Virus record (IMG/VR): IMGVR_UViG_3300037010_003311
Span: 62,001-126,000 of that record
Reading direction: 5' to 3' (one strand)
DNA: 64,000 nt
Under the pieces are notes generated by a model, which was not told the DNA's origin, ran no database searches, and saw only the letters and a program-made list of their open reading frames with translations. Position numbers and translations under genes: made by a program. This document shows, piece by piece, positions 28,358 through 36,486 of this stretch (positions are counted from its first letter, which is position 1; the number at the start of each line of letters is the position of its first letter).

Positions 28358-28834
28358 ATGGAAAAATTAGTAGTTGAAGCGGAAGTAAAACTTCCAGCAA
28401 AAGTTAGAAAACCTCGAGTACCGAAAGTAAAGAAAGTACCGAGCGTGGAAAAAGTAGAAAAAGTAGAAATTGGTACAAGAATTGAAAAACCTTCAACTGA
28501 AATTAAATCTATGTCGGTTGAATTAACCTCACCTAAAATAGATGAATTGATTTTCAGATTGGAAAGAGCTGGTACAAAGTTTGATAGATATCAGCATAAA
28601 TCAATTCGGTTGACTAAAGACTATGCAAGCGAAGAATTCGAAGCAAGACTTATTATTATAAAAGATTTAATAGCAATGAAATCTTTGGCTTTAATTTCAA
28701 AGGATGTAATTGGTATTGCATTAGATCATGAAATTGATGAGATTGCCATTTATGAGATCCTAATTGAAGAATTTGTACCAAAGTGGTATGATCCAGTCTT
28801 AGGGGTGTTTAAAAATTTTTTTGGGAGAAAGTAA
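28358..28834 (+). CDS. Hypothetical protein, basic low-complexity N-terminus
   Basis: 158 aa, RBS AAAGGA. Confidence 0.75.
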   Translation: MEKLVVEAEVKLPAKVRKPRVPKVKKVPSVEKVEKVEIGTRIEKPSTEIKSMSVELTSPKIDELIFRLERAGTKFDRYQHKSIRLTKDYASEEFEARLIIIKDLIAMKSLALISKDVIGIALDHEIDEIAIYEILIEEFVPKWYDPVLGVFKNFFGRK

Positions 28835-30271
28835 ATGTGTAGTTTTATGGTAATAAATGGTCCAATTGAAAAGGTAGTAAAATTTACTCCAGATCATATT
28901 AGCTTCGATGATGTTATCCAAGCATTACGTGTTAAAGGCAACCTGAATGATGATATTGATTTATTTATGTATAATCATAATCTGGGGGAATTACTACAAC
29001 TTACTGCTGCAGAATTACGAGCCACCAATGAACCAAAATTTGAATATATGGGTTCGGCTTATGAAAAGTTTACTAGAACACCAGAAGATTACGAACCGGA
29101 TGATATAGTTACTTTAGTAGCATTTAGTCGGTTGGCACCAGAGATGGAAGTTGATGCGAAACAAAACACCTTGTCACAACCATATTTAAATACCAAGTAT
29201 AAAACAATTACTATGGTACATGGGACTATCCCGAAAGCCGAAGAGTTCGTACCAGAGGTACAGGTGGATACCGATATTTTTATGCACCGTAGTTTTCAGG
29301 ATTGTATCAATTATACTGAACAGGTTGGTGGTAAGATTTCAGCGGTGCAAATACCTATGACTAAACTTAGTACTATATTATGGTATGATAATGGCTTAGG
29401 TAGATTCGAATATAAATCAATGGATGGAAAAGTTTGGATTGGTACAAACATTAATTTATTTAATCATTTTTATTATTGGGCTAAATCTTTTATGCTACAA
29501 CCTGCCCCTTATATACAACTAGTTTTTCCAAAAACTTTAATTCTTGCCAAGTCGCGTATAATTTCACTTTTTAGTGGTGGGTTAGATATAACTTGTAGTA
29601 CACTAAATGTAATAGAAACTAAACTTAAACAACGCTCACAATTAAAAAGTGTGGACTTATGGTACTTTGATTGGGGCACAAGAGCTTCAGCCGAAGAACA
29701 AGCAGCTGGGCAACGCTTTAAAGATAAATTGGAGAAAGATTTCGCTACCAACGGTAGCACAGCTACCGTTAATTATGAAGTTATCCCAACAGAAGGTATG
29801 TTTAGGAATATATTACAAGCATGTGATACAACAGTTCGGTTAACCGATAAAGATGCAACCGGGGCTGGACATCATGAAGCGGAAGCTGCAATTTCATATG
29901 TACCATACCGCAACCAGTTCCTATTAACTCTTGCGGCAGCTAAAGCCGAACAACTTTATCCAGGGGAAAATGTAACTATAGTTATAGGTGCAAATCTTAG
30001 TGAAGGAATGGTTTATTTAGATAATAGTGAATCATTTGTAGATGCTATTAATAAAACTATTAAGGTTGGTGGACAAAGAACTTATAATTTCGAAGTAGTT
30101 GCCCCATTCGTAAATAGAACTAAAACCGATATGGTAGCTGAATGCTTAAAACGTGGGTATGACCTTAGTACAGCGTTTAGTTGTTATTTTCCGGTTGATG
30201 GTAAAGAATGTGGTGTATGTGGTAGCTGTTTACTTAAACAAAGGGCGTTAGAAAGAGGAGGAAATAAATAA
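28835..30271 (+). CDS. queC: Class II glutamine amidotransferase-QueC fusion (GAT-QueC)
   Basis: N-terminal Met-Cys (Ntn nucleophile); LFSGGLD, SYVPYRN, PFVNRTK, TAFSCY...CGVCGSCLLK. Confidence 0.9.
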   Translation: MCSFMVINGPIEKVVKFTPDHISFDDVIQALRVKGNLNDDIDLFMYNHNLGELLQLTAAELRATNEPKFEYMGSAYEKFTRTPEDYEPDDIVTLVAFSRLAPEMEVDAKQNTLSQPYLNTKYKTITMVHGTIPKAEEFVPEVQVDTDIFMHRSFQDCINYTEQVGGKISAVQIPMTKLSTILWYDNGLGRFEYKSMDGKVWIGTNINLFNHFYYWAKSFMLQPAPYIQLVFPKTLILAKSRIISLFSGGLDITCSTLNVIETKLKQRSQLKSVDLWYFDWGTRASAEEQAAGQRFKDKLEKDFATNGSTATVNYEVIPTEGMFRNILQACDTTVRLTDKDATGAGHHEAEAAISYVPYRNQFLLTLAAAKAEQLYPGENVTIVIGANLSEGMVYLDNSESFVDAINKTIKVGGQRTYNFEVVAPFVNRTKTDMVAECLKRGYDLSTAFSCYFPVDGKECGVCGSCLLKQRALERGGNK

Positions 30272-31026
30272 TGAGTGCATCCGGAGGAGCGGATTTGGAT
30301 AAAATAAAAGATAAGATTGAGAAACTTCTTAATCTTAGTCTTAGTGATAATGAACATGAAGCTAGTTTAGCTATGGAAAGAGCTCTTAAGCTTATGAATG
30401 AACATAATCTTTCACGAGATGAAATTTATAAACAGGCTATGGAATCAAAAACCGTTTATTTAGATAAATATATTGCACATGAATGGATACTTAAACTAGC
30501 TGGAGCAATTGCTAAAATATCTGGTTGTTATATGGTGTATGGTCAAGGAAGTAAGAAATATAATACTTTTGCTAAACTAGTTCTTGTTGGTCGGGAAACC
30601 GATATATTAAATACTGAATACTTAATTCTATTTCTAATTAGGAATATAGAATTAAAAACCATGAAGTACAAACTACACCTTAGAAAAGAGTTAGGTAGTA
30701 CTACCCAAGAGAAAAACCATAAAGAGCTGAAGTCTTATAGACTTGGATTAATCCATGCAATAGTTACTAGAATTAAAAAACAGCAATCTAAATTCTTTGG
30801 TGAACAAGAATTAGAAGGGTGTTTGATCGTACCAGTTGATATTCGAGCCCAAGAAGCGGAACAACATTTTAAGGATATTTGTAAAATTGAAATCCAAGCA
30901 AAAGCATTTGAGACTACTATAGATAAAGTTTTTTATGAAGCTGGTAGAAAAGCAGCAAATGAAATTCAATTAAACTCAGGCATAAAAGATTATGGTATAA
31001 CGCCAGAGCAAAAACTTTTAAATTAA
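30271..31026 (+). CDS. DUF2786-domain protein
   Basis: KIKDKIEKLLNLS.S.NEHEA.LAMERA.KLM.EHNL; SYRLG; GRKAANEIQL. Confidence 0.85.
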   Translation: MSASGGADLDKIKDKIEKLLNLSLSDNEHEASLAMERALKLMNEHNLSRDEIYKQAMESKTVYLDKYIAHEWILKLAGAIAKISGCYMVYGQGSKKYNTFAKLVLVGRETDILNTEYLILFLIRNIELKTMKYKLHLRKELGSTTQEKNHKELKSYRLGLIHAIVTRIKKQQSKFFGEQELEGCLIVPVDIRAQEAEQHFKDICKIEIQAKAFETTIDKVFYEAGRKAANEIQLNSGIKDYGITPEQKLLN

Positions 31027-31035
31027 GGATTAAGA

Positions 31036-31893
31036 ATGTATAAAAAAAGAATTATGGAAGAAATTTCAATTATGGACGAGGAGTTCGAACCATTTGATAT
31101 TGCTAATTATAATGAACAACAATTAATCGATGAAGATAAAAGATCTTTTATAATTAAGATACCAGAAAAAGTAATTAATCTTATTCTTAAAAATAAAGAG
31201 ATTGATGCCATCGAATATAATGGTGTAATATGGGTTCGGGATATAGTTGAAACTTTATATCAAGTTACATTCAATCATTATCTGGTTAGAGGTTTAATTA
31301 CTAGTAACCCAGAATTTAAACCTTATATTTTTGAGGTTAAAATTTTATCGACCGAAAATAAAAAAAATACTTTAGTAAAACTATTTACTGATGCTGCGAA
31401 CAATAATCAAAATGTTATTTATCAGATCTCTAATACTTTTGGAACCGAGTTTTCTTTAGTTCAATTATCTGGAGATAATTATGTGCAACATATGTCAGCT
31501 AATCTACCTGAGAGTGAACAATTGAAAAAACATAGTTTTTTAGAGATCACTACTACTAAGGTAAATGGTTTTAATCTGGCAAATGATTTAGTACAAAATA
31601 TAAATGACATAGCCGAATATTTAGTAAATACTGGGTATAACGAATTTAATGATATTATATATCTTGGTGATGATATAGCGGATTTTGATTTGGTATTTGA
31701 ATTACGAACTAAGTTCGTTACTGGTAAGTACAATTCTTTAAATCAGTTTCGGTCAAATAGTATGGTACAGTTGACTGGATATTTAACTCAAGAACAAGTA
31801 GAAGAACTAAAAGGATCAAATCTTTGGTCAAGGCCGGTATATTCAACCTATGTATTGAAATCAGATTATTATAAGGGTAAGCATGCAAAATGA
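31036..31893 (+). CDS. Hypothetical protein
   Basis: 285 aa ORF overlapping the next gene. Confidence 0.75.
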   Translation: MYKKRIMEEISIMDEEFEPFDIANYNEQQLIDEDKRSFIIKIPEKVINLILKNKEIDAIEYNGVIWVRDIVETLYQVTFNHYLVRGLITSNPEFKPYIFEVKILSTENKKNTLVKLFTDAANNNQNVIYQISNTFGTEFSLVQLSGDNYVQHMSANLPESEQLKKHSFLEITTTKVNGFNLANDLVQNINDIAEYLVNTGYNEFNDIIYLGDDIADFDLVFELRTKFVTGKYNSLNQFRSNSMVQLTGYLTQEQVEELKGSNLWSRPVYSTYVLKSDYYKGKHAK

Positions 31894-33934
31894 TCAAATA
31901 CGAGATAGCCGAGAACTAAATATACCATCATTACAATCGGAATTAAGTACTTACCAAATTAAATACCAAGTAAGTACGAATCAGATTAATACATATAATA
32001 CAAGAATTGATCAAGATAGTAAAAAGTTAGTGGAACTAGAACTCTTTCTTAAAAAATTGGAAAGTACCCATGAATTACTTACTAAATTGAAGCAATTCAA
32101 AATGGATAGTAAAAAAGAATTTATTCTTAGGACTATTAATACAGCTCTAAAAGATATTTTTCAAAAAGATATTCGTATTGATATAGAAGCTAATTCAAAT
32201 CTCGAAAACGGCAAGATGAATATGAAGTATGATATTATCCTATTTCAAAACGATATCGAAATAGCTAGAAATGAAAAGCTTATTGAAAGTAATGGTGGTG
32301 GAGTACTTAGTGTAATCTCCATTCTATTTAAAATGTTAGTTGGCTTTATTTATAGTGAAAATAAGTTTTATATGTTCGATGAAAGTTTAAGTCAAGTATC
32401 TGAAGAGTATCGGCCAAGACTTAGTAAATTTATTCACGAATTCTGTTCTAAACAAGGTTTCACTATAGTTATGGTATCTCATACTAAAGACTTGGATGAG
32501 TACGCGGATACAATTTATTCTTTATCTGGCACATTCGATAAGAATCTAGTGCCAGTATTAAAGATAGATGAAGTTCTTGGTCACCAACCAGAGAATGATT
32601 ATATCTATGCGAAAATAAAAAATTTTCAAAGTATCGTTGATTTAGAATTCCGGTTTAAAGGCTTTACAATTATACGTGGAGAAAATAATATTGGAAAGAG
32701 TGCCTCACTAAGAGCAATCAATTCCGTAATATTTAATGACTTCGATAAAAGTCATCAGCGTATAACCAAAGATCGATCAATTGAAACGAGCATTGAATTT
32801 GGTTACTATCATAAAGATGAAGAGACCGGAGCAATAGATGATACTAAAAAAATTAGAGTCTCTTATAAAAGCCAAAAAATAAACTATGAATTCGATGGTA
32901 TGACATTTGCTGGAAAAAATCTAGCTTTTGATAAGGTTAAAGAAAAAATTGAAAGTATAGGATTCAAGTATATTAATCTGAAAGAGACTTATAAAAACTT
33001 TAAAGGTAATCTCAAGGACCAAACGGAGCGAATAAGTCTAACGACGCAACATGATGGTCTGTTTTTGATTGGTGCTAAGAATTCTGATTCTAGTAAAGTT
33101 TTTGATTTCTTATTTGATTCATATCATATTGCAAACGCTATATCTAAAATAAAAATAGATATCAATAATAATCTGAATGAATTTAACGATATTTCAGTTC
33201 GGATACTAAATGATAAGCGTATGCTAAATAAAGAGCTTATACACCAGCAAATACACTTATACAAGTACTATATTATTATGATCAAAATAAATAGATTACT
33301 TTATCATAAAGTATGGAATAAACAAAACATTCTCACAAATTTGATTTCTACAAAAACAGCTATTGAAATGGTTCTCTATATTGAACAGATGAAAGCTTCA
33401 ATCGGTATAGTTAATGCTAAATTATTAACATTTGGAATTGAAAAACTAGAAGCAAAATTAGCTACAGTAACTTCGATCATTAAATACTCAACGAGTTTAT
33501 TAGTTGTAAATAAATTGATTAGTACTAGAAATGATATTAATCGGATAATCACAAATCTAAATATTGAAAAATTAGACGCTCGATTACAAGTGGTTACTAA
33601 AATCATTAATCTTAAATATTGGAAAAATTTTATTTTAAGCACATTGCAACAAAATGCAGTTTATACGGATATACAAAATAAAATTGCAAACAATATGACA
33701 AAGGTTAATAATTATGATTTGATTATAGCTAAGATGCGTAATATAGTTAGTTATCAAGTGTTTCGTGATAACATTTTAAGATTTATGCAAGAATCGATAA
33801 GATTATCTATCGCAATTGATACTAGTACAAGCCGGTTACAATATTTAGCCGAGGCATTTAATAATCTTAAAACCGAATTCAACCTGACCCCATGCCAAAA
33901 TTGTGGCGGTATAGGTTATTCACATGTGCATTAA
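31883..33934 (+). CDS. sbcC: SbcC/Rad50-like ABC ATPase, circularly permuted
   Basis: Order: coil, signature SNGGG, Walker B YMFDES, H-loop MVSH, then KNFQS, Walker A GENNIGKS, Q-loop TTQHD, long coil, C-terminal PCQNCG hook. Confidence 0.88.
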   Translation: MQNDQIRDSRELNIPSLQSELSTYQIKYQVSTNQINTYNTRIDQDSKKLVELELFLKKLESTHELLTKLKQFKMDSKKEFILRTINTALKDIFQKDIRIDIEANSNLENGKMNMKYDIILFQNDIEIARNEKLIESNGGGVLSVISILFKMLVGFIYSENKFYMFDESLSQVSEEYRPRLSKFIHEFCSKQGFTIVMVSHTKDLDEYADTIYSLSGTFDKNLVPVLKIDEVLGHQPENDYIYAKIKNFQSIVDLEFRFKGFTIIRGENNIGKSASLRAINSVIFNDFDKSHQRITKDRSIETSIEFGYYHKDEETGAIDDTKKIRVSYKSQKINYEFDGMTFAGKNLAFDKVKEKIESIGFKYINLKETYKNFKGNLKDQTERISLTTQHDGLFLIGAKNSDSSKVFDFLFDSYHIANAISKIKIDINNNLNEFNDISVRILNDKRMLNKELIHQQIHLYKYYIIMIKINRLLYHKVWNKQNILTNLISTKTAIEMVLYIEQMKASIGIVNAKLLTFGIEKLEAKLATVTSIIKYSTSLLVVNKLISTRNDINRIITNLNIEKLDARLQVVTKIINLKYWKNFILSTLQQNAVYTDIQNKIANNMTKVNNYDLIIAKMRNIVSYQVFRDNILRFMQESIRLSIAIDTSTSRLQYLAEAFNNLKTEFNLTPCQNCGGIGYSHVH

Positions 33935-33945
33935 GGGAGCAAACC

Positions 33946-34218
33946 ATGGCAACAGATGATAAAAAGCAGCAATCGGAAAATGAAAATTCCGGTTCGTATG
34001 CATCATACTATGATATCAATCCAGCTTGGGGATCATTACAAGATGTTATAGAAGATAGAAAATTAAACTACGCTCAAGGTAACATTTTAAAAGCGGCTTT
34101 TACATTTAATATTGGTCGTCATGATGGAACAGATGAAATTCGCGATTTAGAAAAAATAATCTATTTCGCACAAAGAGAATTAAATCGCATAAAAGGAGAG
34201 GGAAAATGCAAGGTATGA
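33946..34218 (+). CDS. DUF3310-like protein
   Basis: QDVIE...NYAQGNILK....GRH....RDLEKIIYFAQREL; start at ATG 33946 after GGGAG. Confidence 0.75.
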   Translation: MATDDKKQQSENENSGSYASYYDINPAWGSLQDVIEDRKLNYAQGNILKAAFTFNIGRHDGTDEIRDLEKIIYFAQRELNRIKGEGKCKV

Positions 34219-34778
34219 AACAAACCCTTTCACCGAACGAAGGGGTTGTTCAAGATTACAATGATAAAGAAATAGTACAAAATAAAGATGGGTTAGTCCC
34301 ATCTTTTCCTGCCGAAGTTTTACAAGATCTTCAGCAATATAGTACTTATTCAATTAAAAACATTTTGGTTGCATCTATTATTTTTCTATTTATATTTAAT
34401 ATGAAACAACCAAAGATACAGCGAGTACTTAAAAAAATTACTAGAAGAGCAAAATATTTTCTTACTCAATATAGAAGCTTAAATTATAATACATTTAACT
34501 TCTTAGTAACTGAAGCGAGCGCTTTAAGCCAAAAGGCTTTAATACAAACAGCAACTAAAACTAGGGAGCCATTCTATATCATTAATCCATCCATCTTTTT
34601 AGAATTGTTAACTAAAAGATTACCAGATGTAATGAACGAACTGGCGATTCTTGAACGTGACTTAAAAGATTTAAAATCTTTTTATGGTACTGAAAAATAT
34701 AGTTTTCAAACCTTGACATTCACTAATCGTTATCTAGATCAATTAGAGCATTTCTTGGTAAATCTTAATAAAAATTAA
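34206..34778 (+). CDS. Hypothetical protein
   Basis: 190 aa ORF, RBS GGAGAGG. Confidence 0.7.
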   Translation: MQGMKQTLSPNEGVVQDYNDKEIVQNKDGLVPSFPAEVLQDLQQYSTYSIKNILVASIIFLFIFNMKQPKIQRVLKKITRRAKYFLTQYRSLNYNTFNFLVTEASALSQKALIQTATKTREPFYIINPSIFLELLTKRLPDVMNELAILERDLKDLKSFYGTEKYSFQTLTFTNRYLDQLEHFLVNLNKN

Positions 34779-34843
34779 GTAAATTTTAATTATATTTAGA
34801 TACTTATAAATATAATTAAAAATAAAACTTTAGGTGGTAGCAA

Positions 34844-35185
34844 ATGGAGTTAAATTTAGTAAAACTGGTAACAGATTGGCTTAGTGAAAACGCGGCTTCT
34901 TTAGGTAAAGAGTTTGAGGTAGTGCCTCTATTAAATAAGATTGATGATAACGTTTATATGAGATACGAACAAGAACGGTATGATCAACCTATATACATAT
35001 TTGATCCTGAGTATAGTTATAGTGAACATGATTTTTGTAAATGTTGCGGTTATTTTGAACATAATGAATACGATAACAATCGTATTGGGTATTGCGCTAA
35101 GTATGGAGAGGATTTATCACCATTCACTAAAACGTGTAATAATCGAATTATTTTAAAATTATTAGATGATTCTAAGAATTATTAA
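34844..35185 (+). CDS. Hypothetical protein with Cys-rich metal-binding motif
   Basis: FCKCCGYF...GYC...KTC. Confidence 0.7.
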   Translation: MELNLVKLVTDWLSENAASLGKEFEVVPLLNKIDDNVYMRYEQERYDQPIYIFDPEYSYSEHDFCKCCGYFEHNEYDNNRIGYCAKYGEDLSPFTKTCNNRIILKLLDDSKNY

Positions 35186-35763
35186 TGAGCCAAAAAATCA
35201 ATAAAAATATTTTGGCACTCCACGAGATAAACACTAATATCTTACAAAAATTAAAGACTGATAAAATTAATGGTATTAGCTATCAGGTCATTACTTTCGA
35301 CGATGGTTTATATTCACAATACTATTATTACAATCAGTTGCGCGAAATTTTTCCCTACACTACATTTATATATTTCATTAGTACTGATATTATAAACCAG
35401 GATGCAGATAATACCATTGTAGATATCAATTGTCATATGGCTCATACTCGGTACTTTGATAAAGGTGATTGTTCGGCATATATGACAATCACCCAAATTA
35501 AAAATTTAGCAGGTAGTAGGAATTGTATTATTGGAGGACATGGACATAAACATTATTTTCCCTCAATTGGAAAACATGGGCTTAAAAAGGATTATCAGAA
35601 TTGGAAAGATGATTTCCATTCTATGGAAAGATGGTTTAAAGATAATAATTTAGAATTAGATTATTATTGTTGTCCATATAATATTAAAAAAGATCTCTAT
35701 CTATTAGGGATTGGATTCAAAGGAGTAGTTTTTGCAGGAAATAGAACAAAAATTGATTTATAA
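35185..35763 (+). CDS. Polysaccharide deacetylase (NodB homology) protein
   Basis: ITFDDGL, FISTD, YMTITQIKNL, IGGHGHKH, YCCPYN. Confidence 0.85.
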   Translation: MSQKINKNILALHEINTNILQKLKTDKINGISYQVITFDDGLYSQYYYYNQLREIFPYTTFIYFISTDIINQDADNTIVDINCHMAHTRYFDKGDCSAYMTITQIKNLAGSRNCIIGGHGHKHYFPSIGKHGLKKDYQNWKDDFHSMERWFKDNNLELDYYCCPYNIKKDLYLLGIGFKGVVFAGNRTKIDL

Positions 35764-35995
35764 GGATGATGATTTAGTAACTCAATACGCTTGGATGATG
35801 GAACAGTTGCAAGGTATTAGAACAAGTATAAGAGAAACGATTATTGATATTAGTGGAGCTGACAATATTAAACTTTGTATGACTCTTTTTGATGATAACG
35901 AATCCTTGGGTAATGTTATAGAGCTTCTGGAGCAATTAATCGATGACCAGGTAGTAGTCACCGATGATAAAATTGAGGAATCAAAATGCAACTAG
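35732..35995 (+). CDS. Hypothetical acidic protein (start uncertain)
   Basis: 87 aa ORF filling the gap; overlaps both neighbours. Confidence 0.55.
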   Translation: MQEIEQKLIYKDDDLVTQYAWMMEQLQGIRTSIRETIIDISGADNIKLCMTLFDDNESLGNVIELLEQLIDDQVVVTDDKIEESKCN

Positions 35996-36309
35996 ATATT
36001 CAGTTTTTTAATATTGAGGTAAATAAAAATAGTCTAACGTTTGAGTTATTAAAGCCGATACAGGAATTAAAGGAATATGAAGTCGATAATATCAATTTAG
36101 CAATAATGGAAGCATTATCACTATTAAATCCATTACTGGATATTCGGTTAGTACATAAAACTGAATTACCGATTGCGGTATGGTTATATTTAATTACTAT
36201 ACCAGACTATATGTCCAGATCTAAATTAATTATAACTACGCCAGAAAACTTAGACGATATTAAGCAAGTAGTTACTAATCGACCCAATCTTTTAATTATG
36301 AATCCGTAA
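35986..36309 (+). CDS. Hypothetical protein
   Basis: 107 aa, RBS GAGGA. Confidence 0.7.
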   Translation: MQLDIQFFNIEVNKNSLTFELLKPIQELKEYEVDNINLAIMEALSLLNPLLDIRLVHKTELPIAVWLYLITIPDYMSRSKLIITTPENLDDIKQVVTNRPNLLIMNP

Positions 36310-36324
36310 GATTTTTCTTACGGA
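36303..36324. terminator. Hairpin at end of + strand block
   Basis: TCCGTAAGA-TTTT-TCTTACGGA perfect 9 bp. Confidence 0.7.
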
Positions 36325-36339
36325 GGATTTTATATAGTT

Positions 36340-36350
36340 ATTTCTATATT
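36340..36350 (-). promoter_or_regulatory. AATATAGAAAT motif, antisense to the + block
   Basis: Exact 11-mer on - strand; no - strand gene downstream. Confidence 0.4.
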
Positions 36351-36358
36351 AACTATTT

Positions 36359-36414
36359 AAACTTTTAGTAGTTATCAGTGGTATAGATTACTAACTGGTA
36401 ACTACTAAAAGTTT
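36359..36414. terminator. 21-bp inverted repeat
   Basis: AAACTTTTAGTAGTTATCAGT vs ACTGGTAACTACTAAAAGTTT, one wobble, flanked by T-runs. Confidence 0.75.
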
Positions 36415-36449
36415 TTATTTGGAATTTTTTTTGTTTTTTTGGGCAGGAA

Positions 36450-36480
36450 AATAAATACGAGGCTTAGCCTCGTATTTATT
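36450..36480. terminator. 14-bp perfect inverted repeat at end of - strand block
   Basis: AATAAATACGAGGC-TTA-GCCTCGTATTTATT, 6 nt past the stop of 36487-38733. Confidence 0.8.
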
Positions 36481-36486
36481 ATATGC

